Of a DNA stretch of 64,000 bases, positions 14,051-25,517 are shown in pieces. Where the stretch lies: assembly GCA_965644295.1 (NCBI GenBank), contig CBFFRP010000357.1:186001-250000 (forward strand). Reading direction: 5' to 3'. The position numbers and the translations under genes are program-made. This DNA comes from Paraphysomonas bandaiensis. Taxonomy: Eukaryota; Protista; Chrysophyceae. Below the pieces are notes generated by a model that had not been told where the DNA came from, made no database searches, and worked only from the letters and a program-made list of their open reading frames with translations. How positions within the stretch are numbered: the first letter of the stretch is position 1; each line of letters opens with the position of its first letter.

Positions 14051-14080
<30 letters not shown>
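14011..14080. repeat. (TACA)n microsatellite, left part, split by the Tc1 element
   Basis: Pure TACA repeat that continues at 17556. Confidence 0.95.
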
Positions 14081-14081
<1 letters not shown>

Positions 14082-14288
14082 TGTGAGGGAGAGCGGGTGT
14101 GAAAAAAACTTTTTTTTCTCTCTTCTTCAATCTTCTTTGATCGCGATTACAAAACTTGCTCACCTACATTAAACAGTACCATAAACCCACAATTACCATG
14201 ATAAGCACTGCAAATCAAGGTGATTTCTTCTACAATGTGTTGAAGCAACCTTCTCTCACATGTTTGTCATTCGCAGCACCATATTTAC

Positions 14289-15319
14289 ATGTATTCCGAG
14301 GCTTTCCGTCTTTTAATTTTGGATGTGTTTGATCACTCTCTGGAAATCACAAATTCTGTGGCCGCATCACTAGATCATATATACGAGAAATACGATGTGT
14401 CCCAAAGCACAGTTAGAAGGTGGTTGGACAAATATCTGGACACTGGATCAGTTAAACCAGAGTCTTCACACCATTCGCACCACACTGTCATTTCACTCGA
14501 GCATATCAATTTTGTTAAAGAGTTGCTGGCAGAAAATTCAACTTATTCCAACGAAGAATTATGCGAAAAGGTTTTTAATGTGTACGGCGTGGCGTACTTG
14601 GAGCACCAAATGAAGCATGCCATGAACACTGAGGGCTATACCGTAAAAGTTTGTCAAAGAATTTCCCACAACAGAAATGAGGGCTTGAGGCGTTACTATA
14701 AGAATAATTTGGCCCGATCATTGGATGAAATTCCAGCTCGCTGCTATGCTGTTGTGGACGAATCACATCTCCAGCCGGCAGAAGTTCTACGCCGATATGG
14801 GCGTTCACCACATGGCTACCCTGCCTTCGTGAGTGGTGATGTTATAGGCCACTTCAATCCCCAAGTTAGTTGTTGTGCCATTGCTGCAATGTCTATCGAA
14901 GGAGTTTTTGCTGTTACTGTACACGAAGAAAATGTTGATCATAATACATTTCTAGATGCCCTAGAACATGACATCTTTCCCCACATGAACCCTTTTCCTG
15001 GGGATCGCAGTGTGCTGCTCATGGATAATGCTTCGACGCACGTGAAGATAGATATTTATAATATGTGTGCAGAATTCGGCGTGATGGTTGTGTTTCTCCC
15101 CCTTATTCTTATGATTTTTCACCAATTGAACCCGTATTTCATCTTGCCAAAGCGCACATTAGAAAGAAGTGGGGAATTATGTACGCATATAAACCACTTG
15201 CAGCTCAACTACATGAAGCTTTGTGGTCATGCTGTACTGCCGAAACTGCGTGCAATTTATTCAATCGAGTGGATATTACCGTTACTTGGAAAGAACAGTG
15301 CGAAGCCTGTAACTATTGA
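14289..15319 (+). CDS. DD34E Tc1/IS630-type transposase with a 1-bp frameshift near 15100
   Basis: HTH (VSQSTVRRWL), VVDES, LLMDNASTH; FLP|PYSYDFSPIE continues in another frame (ORF 15065-15319); 34 residues between the second D and E. Confidence 0.88.
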
Positions 15320-15720
15320 TCATTTGCAGATTATACTCTATACTCTACTCACTAGTTACTAATATAGATGTACTGATGATTGAATGTGATATGCTTGCTA
15401 CTACTTCGTGATAGAATATGATTAATTATACGCAATAGATTCAAGTAATATTAATAAATCAAAAAAACAAAATTTTGAAAAGTTTGTGGAGAATTTAAAA
15501 TATCAGTTCATACAGTTGCATACTAAGAAGAAAAAAGAAAATCGGTTAGTGAGTCTAAACCTAAATTTCGATGCATCGGAGCGTATGTGTTAAATTCATC
15601 CAAAAATTACCAAGATTCGAAATAAATAATAAATGAGACCCGGCAGATAACGATTGACTGCAATCTGTTCTATTTAGTAAGGGTCGGCAGGATAAGGAAT
15701 TTCATACTCGGCCTCATATG

Positions 15721-17358
15721 CTATCCACTCACCCCTCTCATCCTTTCGCATTCCTTCTCCCCAGGCAAATCGCTGTTGGCGATAACGCGATGCATAATCA
15801 AAATCCCTGTGGCCGTGGTAATATTCTGGCGGGTAGCCATACAGCATGTGATGCGGATAATGCCGAGGAGCAGATCCCTGTGGGTAATACGGAGGAAGCT
15901 GCTGCTGAAAAGGAAAACCCCCAGTTGGATAAATAGGAGGGGGTATACCCCGTAGGGCGATGGTCCACAGTCTGGTGGAAGGGGAAAAGGGACACCAAAA
16001 GAAGGGCCACTACTTCCAGCAGGGGGAACACCAATTGGGATAGGCCAACCTTGTGCTGGAACACCTGGAGGAGCTGGTAGAGCAGGGGGCGGTGGTGGTG
16101 GCGGGTGTGGTCCTATTCGAACCGACGAGAATATGATATTTTCACGGGCTGCAGGTATTGGCTTATTACCCCCCTTGAGGTCACTATATTTTGGGAAGTC
16201 TTGACCCATCCAATCCAACTTGAGAACCCATGTATCGAGTGTCGGGTCATACTCCAACGGGTCTTCAGCTGCACGTTCTTCACCTTCTAGGGTACTAAAG
16301 TATTCACATAAGTATGTTCTTAACTGCGAGTAGCTCTTTACTTTCTTGCCCTCGGGAAGCTCGAGTAGATCTTTCAATTTGCTATCAGAAATCAAATCTT
16401 TCTTGCTCCAAGCTTTGGCACGACATCGCTCGATATGCAAGCGATTCCTTTGTGCTTCCAAATGACTCGATGTGTCCGCCGCATCATGTTCACTGGCGGT
16501 TGAAAGCTTAAGACCTGATTGACCACCGTGACCAAATCCTCTCTGCTTGCGGATACCACTTTGCATACTTTTTGGAGGATTAAGCTCGAAGAGTCTTTGA
16601 CCCTCTTCACTGCACTCGGTCATGGCTTCTTTCATTGCCGGTGACCAGTACGTGTTCATATCATTTCCTGGACGATGATTCAGGCCAACTTTGAAATATT
16701 TTGAGTGCATGTATTTACAGAGGGGAAGATCATTCTGTTTATGTTTAACAAGCGCAAGGGAAGAATCAACAAAGCTGAGCTGTCTCTGTAGTATCACATC
16801 GTCTGGGCAATTTTGGAACGGGACACCAGCAATCACCACATAGTGGGAAGCGTTTTCCCGACAACACTTCCTATCGTGATCTGTCTGGCGTCTAGTGGGA
16901 AGTAACGGTATGTCCAATTCTCCATCGGGAGGGATCATGTGGAAATTACCAATGATACCAGAACTTGTTGCAGTTCGAACAGTAATACCTCTGCTGAAGT
17001 CTATCCTGAGTTGGTCGTTGAAGTCTGATAGTGGTGGCAATAACTTTTGATTATACGCTTGCCTCGCTACGCCCTCAACGAGTGCATGCAAGAATGCATG
17101 ACCTTTGACACGCCAGATATTACTATCGTCTTCAAAAAGATTACCTCCTGGAATCTAAAAAAAATGTTATATTAAAACATCTTTAGCAGTAATTGCAGTA
17201 ATTCTCACCCAAATCGTTAATTGGTCTGTCGAAGAAGTTAACTCGGACCGATTTACAGAGAATGCCTGTGCTTCCTCTCGAAATTTAGTCAAAGCGACAA
17301 TTTTTACTCGCACCCACAGACCTTCTTCTATTTCAGAGTTTTGGCTGTCTGATGACAT
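15721..17358 (-). CDS. Transposon-borne orphan protein (~527 aa, Pro-rich C-terminal region), one intron
   Basis: ATG overlaps the inner end of the right TIR; exon 17358-17209 joins the long ORF in frame via a phase-0 GT-AG intron 17208-17155. Confidence 0.65.
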
Positions 17359-17555
17359 GCTGCGAATGACAAACATGTGAGAGAAGGTTGCTTCAACACA
17401 TTGTAGAAGAAATCACCTTGATTTGCAGTGCTTATCATGGTAATTGTGGGTTTATGGTACTGTTTAATGTAGGTGAGCAAGTTTTGTAATCGCGATCAAA
17501 GAAGATTGAAGAAGAGAGAAAAAAAAGTTTTTTTCACACCCGCTCTCCCTCACAA

Positions 17556-17718
17556 TACATACATACATACATACATACATACATACATACATACATACAT
17601 ACATACACACATACATACATACATACATACATACATACATACATACATACATACATACATACATACATACATACATACATACATACATACATACATACAT
17701 ACATACATACATACATAC
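17556..17718. repeat. (TACA)n microsatellite, right part
   Basis: TACA tandem repeat. Confidence 0.95.
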
Positions 17719-17861
17719 CTATATATGTACACCTACAAGAATTCCTACACACATCCAGCATCAGCAGTATCTACACAGCAGTATCTACACACCCATATGC
17801 CACATATAGATGTGGATATACACACTATTATTCCCTTATTTTTGATCAGTATCTTTCAACA

Positions 17862-18467
17862 ATGACAGAAACACAATACAGAACAAAACCAATACTAGAA
17901 CCCCTTCAACCTGTACCTGGTAATGTCTTATTTCCTCCTCGTTCGACTAGTGAATCAGTGTCGTGTTGTTGTAACAGTAATACAAAAAGCATTACATATG
18001 AAACAGATGCAAATGGAATAATGCAGTATAAGATACGTCCTAATAATATGGACACGTTTCTAATGTTACCACCATGTTTGTTTGTTGGTTGTTGTCTTTC
18101 TGTTAGTGCGAATGTTATATTTGATGATAACAATCACACTGTTCGTATATCTAATTGGATGGGATACATGTGTATACCTCCATGTTACTCATACGCGACT
18201 ATATCTTATTATGATATTGCCAACATTGGCTTATTATATACTGGAATAAAGGAGGGAACAGAGCCAAATGAAGTGCCAATTTATGATGTAGTTCTTGTGA
18301 CTCATAAAAGGAAGATGTGGAGAGTAGGAAACCGAAGTTCCTATAATTCAGCTGCGAGTGAAGCAAGCAATTTGCTAAGATTTGTGTTTGGTAGGAGTAA
18401 CCCTGACTATGTACTTCGTGTAGAAACTTTTAAAACCAATTCTTGTTGTTCTTGTTGTGCTTATTAG
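17862..18467 (+). CDS. Hypothetical Cys-rich protein (201 aa)
   Basis: Intronless ORF just downstream of a TACA tract; Cys clusters (SCCC, CCSCC); no family recognised. Confidence 0.6.
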   Translation: MTETQYRTKPILEPLQPVPGNVLFPPRSTSESVSCCCNSNTKSITYETDANGIMQYKIRPNNMDTFLMLPPCLFVGCCLSVSANVIFDDNNHTVRISNWMGYMCIPPCYSYATISYYDIANIGLLYTGIKEGTEPNEVPIYDVVLVTHKRKMWRVGNRSSYNSAASEASNLLRFVFGRSNPDYVLRVETFKTNSCCSCCAY

Positions 18468-18642
18468 TATATATCGCATGACAACGATTTTGTAAGAGAT
18501 GCTGTAGTTGAATCACGCATCGGAAAATATTATTATTGTTGGCCAATGATGGTAATGAAACTAAGGTAATTGCTATTTATTTTTAGATTTTTCTTGTTGC
18601 GAGGGTTGCTAGACAAAACCAAATGAGAGGTGTACTGCTACC

Positions 18643-20398
18643 CAGGGATAGGGAACAATATATTGTATTGCAATATATTGTACAATATATTGCAATATAT
18701 TGTAAAATATATTGATTGGTGGACTGGTCAAATATTCCATCAATAGTGTTTCTGTTAATAGAGCTCACAATACTATTGCAATATATTGCAATCAATATTA
18801 TGATAGTCATATAAGAGAAGATCCTCAACTGTATGGTGCAAAATATACGCCTCTGTATACAAATATCCGGAAAATAAGAAAAAAAGCCTATTTTTGATGT
18901 TATTTTCTATTTTTTATGTATCGCCAGCTCAAACAGCACTCTACACCTCTCCACATGTATGTACAGTACTTCTCTTAATATAGTATATATATCCTATAGT
19001 GACAAGAAGAGACAACTGAATGATGAGTGCATACAAGAGTAGGGACATTTACCGCTGTTTTTGGAGTCCGGTCGAAGGTGTCCCGAACAAACACGAGTGT
19101 AAAATCTGCGGACGTAAACGACAACAGAATATTCGGAATGGATACAACAATCTAAAGGATCACACTTTCTCTCATGATGTGTGGGAGGAGACATTGAAGA
19201 GGTATTTACGGGCTGTCTGCACCAATGGTCCCATGGATGCTTTTGTTCTGCAGCCTTCAGACAAGGCGAAAACAATTTATGAGTGGGTGGAGTGGATTGT
19301 CGAGGAAAATCTTCCATTAAATTTCTGTGAGAAGAAATTAACTAGAAATAAGACTTCTTTGGGTAAGATAACTACAAAAACACTGAAAAAATATATGAGA
19401 CTGTTGGAACTGAAGCTACGTGATATGATTAAAGATGCGTATAAAAGATCATGTATTAAAAATTGAAGACTTACCGCTTGCAGTTACTGATATGATTCCT
19501 ACTCCTCGACAGAATACCGAAATAATCGCCCTTGTAGACGACCTGAGGAAGTTTGAAAGCGTCTCGAAATTGCTTCAAACTGGAGGATCAAGTCAAGTGA
19601 ATCTTTATGAATGCCGGAACATATTTGATGGCTTATTGAGGGACTTTAGGCCAAAGTATCCACTATCTGCTTTACAGAAAAACAGTCCCATTGTTAATGA
19701 TCCGAATTTCGAGAATGGAATTGCAAAACTCCAAGCAGGCGAAGAATTGGACTTGACAAGATCTGAGAAAGATGCTGTTAGAATATATCTCCGTTCAGAC
19801 AGTGATTATTGCAACAATACAGAGGATGATGAAGCTGAAGTTGGCTATGCGGAAAAAATTCTTCAATCAGCTCAAAAACTTAAGAAGCGAAAAGTTGAAA
19901 TATCTAAGTACAGGTGCACGAGTCATGTAGTATGTACTTCCAATACGTGTGAACGCCTGTTCAGCGCAGCAAAACTGATTATATCAGTGTTGCGCAAACG
20001 TATGCACCCTACTACACTTAATATGCTGTTGTTTCTGAAAGCTAACCGACAGTTGTGGCCGGATGCAAGCATATTTCAATCAATATTGAATGAATATGGT
20101 GATGATGATGTCACCGATGATGGCTCAGAGGATGAGTATGAGGAAACTTTTAATTAGTTAAGAGTAGTGGGTTTGATTATCAAGTGACCTTAGACCTTAT
20201 AAAATATGGCAAGTACTAAAAATGAAAACTACGGATGTGTTTACTTACTGATTAGTCATACTAATATATTGCAATATATTGTACAATATATTGCAATATA
20301 TTGCAATAGTATTGTAGGGCCGGTTTAAAAAATCCATCAATACTATTGATGGAACGCTACCTAACAATAGTATTGCAATATATTGTTCCCTATCCCTG
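18643..20398 (+). mobile_element. Internally deleted hAT transposon
   Basis: TIR cagggatagggaacaatatattg at both ends; 8-bp TSD ctgctacc; subterminal tattgcaata repeats; BED finger (CKICG..HTFSH) and dimerization domain (TSNTCERLFSAAK) with the catalytic core missing at a frame break near 19435-19466. Confidence 0.93.
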
Positions 20399-21954
20399 CT
20401 GCTACCTCCCTCGGGGCCTGGTAACTACGAACTACTAACTATTAATGGTGTAGATATAATTATTATGGCATTAAAGGGGAATGTCCCGGCGACTATAATG
20501 GTCATTACTACCTAAGCAGATAATACCGCTCAAAATAGATAGTGTAGTGCTCCCCTAAATTTCTCCTAACTAATAATGATGTACCCCCTAGCCCCCTAGT
20601 AAAGTAAAATTTAAGTATAGTAGCCACCTATGCGGTTCCGCACTTTCAAGAGGTAGGCCAGCCAGAGCACCTCTAGGTACTATATTTAACGACGTCATTA
20701 CTGAACTGCCACAGGATATTAAATGATAGAATATCTTAAAAATAATAAGGCGAACTAATGGTTCATGGGGGCACTTTGCTTAGTTGGTGAGTTTATTAAT
20801 CCAAGCGGAAGTAGGGAGTGCATTATACATGGACATGTAATATACAGAGCGTGTATAAAATATCGCACATATTTTAGAGTGTTAACTCTTATTACAGCAG
20901 CCTGATGAACTGCCCTATCCCAACCGTGTGGCCAAAGTGTAGGCTCGAAGTTTCTTTGATTGTATGGAGCACCCAGTCACTCACACGTTCACCAACTCCC
21001 AACTCACGCGACCATATAGGTCGCGCATATATTTTGTGAAAGCCACCCTACTGTCCCGCCCGTGTTTGCCTTCACAAAGAGTATGCAGAATTTCTCATAA
21101 TTGATGAATTATGTATATAATTCGCACAAATTTAGCAACAGCATGTTCACCTTCTCATCTCTTACCAAAGATTACACGAAGCATGAATCCGGATAGGTCT
21201 AGCATGGCTGAGATACCTTCTCCTCTAAAATATATATGGGTTATACGGATATACCAGTATAGTGTAGACGTGTAGACCTAGCTGTTGCTTGTGTGGCACT
21301 ACACACATTTAGTTACACTCTCAGTAAGGGAATTTCTTCACTCTGCGTGTTTTTTCTTGTAAGCAAATAGAAAGTATCTTCATCACGAGCGGATTCGTAA
21401 AACGTATGTGTATGCTAATTGAGGCTCTCAGCTTTGTGATGTAGATGCCAAAGTAAGTGTGAATATTAATGGTTGAATAATGACTATGTAATGAAATATT
21501 CATCAACATCTAGAGCTTCAGGGTACTCTGTATCCACGCTGTAATGTCGCCAACCTTTGCTTGTATGCTGCTTTCATTCCTGCTTCTGTTCGTTTCTTCT
21601 TATAGTCAGATATAGCATACTATCAGCATTGGAGTCAACAGACACAACCGGCTATCGGCGTATACGGCCACTTCCTCTTCCCCTTTGAGGTAACTCTTCC
21701 TCCCTGTCTGAACATGTCTCACTCATGTTTGCAGTAACTATGGTCGAATATTGATATATGCCACTAACGGCTGTCATGTTCAAGGAGAATAGTAGAGTAT
21801 TCTAACAGTGTTTTACAACTAATAAAGTGGCTATTTCCCTGTAAAATAGTATTTTTATTATATAAAAGTGCCAGTTTTAGTGTGAAGCCAAAAGCTTCAC
21901 AGTGGGGGTTTTTAGATGAGGAAAAAAACCATAGAGCTTCACATATGCAGTCCA

Positions 21955-22214
21955 TACATACATACATACATACATACATACATACATACATACATACATA
22001 CATACATACATACATACATACATACATACATACATACATACATACATACATACATACATACATACATACATACATACATACATACATACATACATACATA
22101 CATACATACATACATACATACATACATACATACATACATACATACATACATACATACATACATACATACATACATACATACATACATACATACATACATA
22201 CATACATACATACA
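21955..22214. repeat. (TACA)n microsatellite
   Basis: About 260 bp of pure repeat upstream of the hydrolase gene. Confidence 0.95.
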
Positions 22215-22323
22215 GCAGTATATGCACAGCACTGCGTTATATGGATCTGTGTCATTGTTATGGATATTACAACCATATCAACTCCATTCCCTGAACTCAC
22301 GTAACCACCCTCCCTCTTCTATT

Positions 22324-23619
22324 ATGTTCACCGAGTCTTGCTATACTCACAACAGTATTGTACCTATTAAATATCTTCTCTACACTCCTTCTACAGACAA
22401 TAATACAATCAGTATTCCACCCCTACCACTACTTCTCTTCTTACATGGTGCAACTTCACGTGGTGCAGATATCAGTAGAGGTATACGTATACAAGTCTCT
22501 TCATACATACATCATCTAATTATCATATAGTGGCATCTCAGTCACTTCCTCGTATACTGACACACTCGAATCCTATCAGAGGTATACATACATACATAGC
22601 TACTCATACCTGACTATACGTACATTGCTACTCATACATACATATCTATAAGTACTTATCTACACGTACATATCTAGTCATACCTATATATGTATATACA
22701 AGCATATCTAACTTATAATTCAGATGATAATACATACGAAGAGTATCCTCATCATGTCCCAATAATAATCGTATGTCCTCAATGTCCCAACGGCTCAGAA
22801 TGGAAGACTGATAGTATCCATAAGAGTGTGATGTCTCTCGTATACAGTTTAATGGATAATCACATGGAATCATATGCAATTGATCCAAAGAGAGTGTATA
22901 TAACTGGCATAAGTATAAGATGAGATGTTATGAGGGTGTATCTTATGAGACCGTGTGTATAGGTATGGGAGGATTGGGTGCATGGTTGTTATCGGCAAGA
23001 TACAGAGGTATTTCTCTATAAGTTAGTTGTGTTCATGTAAAGTTGCTTATATAGATGTGTTTGCGGCAGCGGTGCCCATATGTGGAGGTGGTCATCCTGT
23101 ATTCGCTCCTTTGCTGAAAGACATGCCCATGTAGGCCCCATAATGCGTGTATGATAAATATACTGAAAGTTTATACTAGTATAGTCATATATTGATAATA
23201 TGAAATGTACTGTGGTGCGTATTGTTGTATTCGGATTTGGCAATAGACTGGTCAGAATGATAAACACGCAGTGACATTGGTGGTGATTCTTAACTGAACT
23301 CCGATAGGTGGTTCTTTCACAGTGCAGATGACAATGTAATTGGCGTAGAGGAAACTGATGCCATCGTTGAAGCGTTGCGTCGAAGTGGTAGGAAAACTAT
23401 GTGTAACGGTGCTATAAGAGTAGTTATGCTGTAGTCCTATAAATTATGAATTCGATTTCACTCGACTTTGTTTCAGGCAGCACCTCAGTACGATACACTC
23501 GATATGACGAATCACTTGACCCGTCGGCCTGTAACTGGATGGTGGGACATAACTGCTGGGACAAAGCGTATAGAATGAAGGATTTGTGGGAGTGGTTATT
23601 GCAGCAGTCGAAGTGTTGA
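22324..23619 (+). CDS. Alpha/beta-hydrolase (COG4099 predicted peptidase/esterase), multi-exon
   Basis: PLLLFLHGA, IIVCPQCP, IDPKRVYITGISMGGLG (nucleophile across an intron), FAAAVPICGGG, WFFHSADD, GHNCWDKAY. Confidence 0.85.
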
Positions 23620-24137
23620 TATGTAGATACCTTTACTACATGATGGTGTTGTACACATTGTATTTTGTATTATGTTTCCTTCTTTAGATGTCAATACCAT
23701 GAGCTTCATACATGGTGATGACACTAAAAACTATTATCTCTTTTGGCTTCACTTCATTACCTTGTGGACTTAGCAATGATGGAATACATGTTGTCGTGTA
23801 AAACAACTAGTGGCTCCGTAAGATGCAGTGTACGAAAATAAATTGTATGTTATTAGAAAGAAGCTAAAATATCATATCTATAGGATATATGAAGTCAATC
23901 AATGATAGTTGACGTTATATATTTTGATGCTTATTTATCTTGTGGGCCTTAAAATAAGGAATAGGATCTAATAACCAGTATATGATTTCGAAATATTGAA
24001 GTAACTGAGCTCTCAATTCATTGCAACTTTTGATTTATTTAACTACCACCAATTAATAAAAAGTTACTATCGCACTTTGTTTGACAATGTACCTAATTCT
24101 TCGTCATCTGGGCGACAATGCTGCTATTGTTTATAAC

Positions 24138-24260
24138 GGGATATATTATTCAACCTAGTCAATTTGGTTGACTTTCCTAGTCACACCAAAATTGGTGTAA
24201 TAACCTAGTCAAAGCAATAAATGACTCAACCTAGCCAATTATAGTATTAAACCTAGTCAT
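24138..24260 (+). mobile_element. Isolated terminal repeat of a Mutator-like element
   Basis: gggatatattattcaacctagtc..cacaccaaaattggtgta is homologous to the reverse complement of about 36200-36340; internal aacctagtc subrepeats. Confidence 0.65.
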
Positions 24261-25517
24261 GAATTGTACTCGCATATAGCTACGAATTACAGAAGCATGA
24301 GGTCATAGAAGGTGAATTAAAATCAATACAACATAGATCAGGCGAACACAAAGCTAAAGAGCAGTAATATAGTAAGATATAACAGCATGGGCAGGACTCC
24401 ATCGCTCTCTCCAATGCTAAAGTAGGCTTTTGTACACCATTCTTTCTCAACACAATCTCCATGGATGTCCTTCAGTCGCCTTCAGAAACATTGATGAACG
24501 CTGCTTCAAGGTGGCAACTAAAAGCTTTCCTGACCCGGAAGTAAAAGAATCGAATTAATATATCGTCGCCTCTGGGATGAAATAACAGTTGAGCAAAACC
24601 AATGTTAGCATCTAACGTATAGATACGTAGTTTAGTTTAAATTAAATTGCAATTCAATTAATAGGGACAGCAAGTAATAACGTAATAACTGCAATTATAA
24701 TTGACTACAACCTGCGTCGATTAGGGTTAGGGTTAATTGACAATTACTTGTTACTTGTTACGCAGCCCTTCTTGTTGAGGTATGTTTTGAGATAAAAACG
24801 ACACATTATGTACGCGTGGTATCTCCAGTATATACAGTTGTGCCAAAACAGAACAAAGCTTTATAGTTAGAGAAGTACTACTACAAAAGTAGATGAGCAA
24901 CTTCATCTCCATCAAGTGTACCAATCTTTAATTAGTGTGGTACATAGTAGAAACAGATATATTTTTATTCTTGCGTGTGTTGATGGTATATAAGTTTGAT
25001 ATATACCGCTTATGTGTGCTGTAAGCATGTGAGCATTGTGACTTCTACTGTTTTTATATATATACAAGTCAATTATTTGATAATAAAAGTGTATTATTAT
25101 AGGATGCTTATATGAATGTAAAACCAATTTCGTTGCTGTTTCATGTGTGTAACATACTTTATCAACATTGGTCATGATATTACGAACGCAAAGTTCTAAC
25201 AATTCTTGCAGAACACAAAATCGGCCTAATCTGGTCATATATAATCTGTTATCTGTTTTATATGCTCTTGTAGATATAATATATATTACAGTAGTTGCGT
25301 ATGAAAATGGATCATGCCTGAATTTTAGCGAAAAACAATACTCACACCAATGAGTACTCAATGTTCAGCGGGAACAAATTTCCACCAGAACGATATACTT
25401 TACTTATCACTGAAAACACTTCATTTTATATGATTTACAAGGACAACCAGTTACTACTTTCACAAACTTGATTTAACACATATTGCATAGCCAATGTAAA
25501 ATAGCCATCGTTGCGAC

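Larger units (their letters stand above)
14081..17555. mobile_element. Tc1/IS630-superfamily DNA transposon with 198-bp TIRs and two convergent genes
   Basis: TIRs 14081-14278 and 17358-17555 appear to be exact reverse complements; TA on both sides, inside a (TACA)n tract. Confidence 0.95.

Noticed and set aside
15721-17091. Transposon cargo as a Fanzor/TnpB RNA-guided nuclease
   Set aside because: No recognisable RuvC D-E-D motifs or C-terminal zinc finger; only a structure search could revive the idea.
20895-20955. Hammerhead ribozyme (CTGATGA..CGAAG) or RNase P/MRP RNA
   Set aside because: The core lacks the GAAA and the closing stem-II pair, and no P4 partner strand was found nearby.
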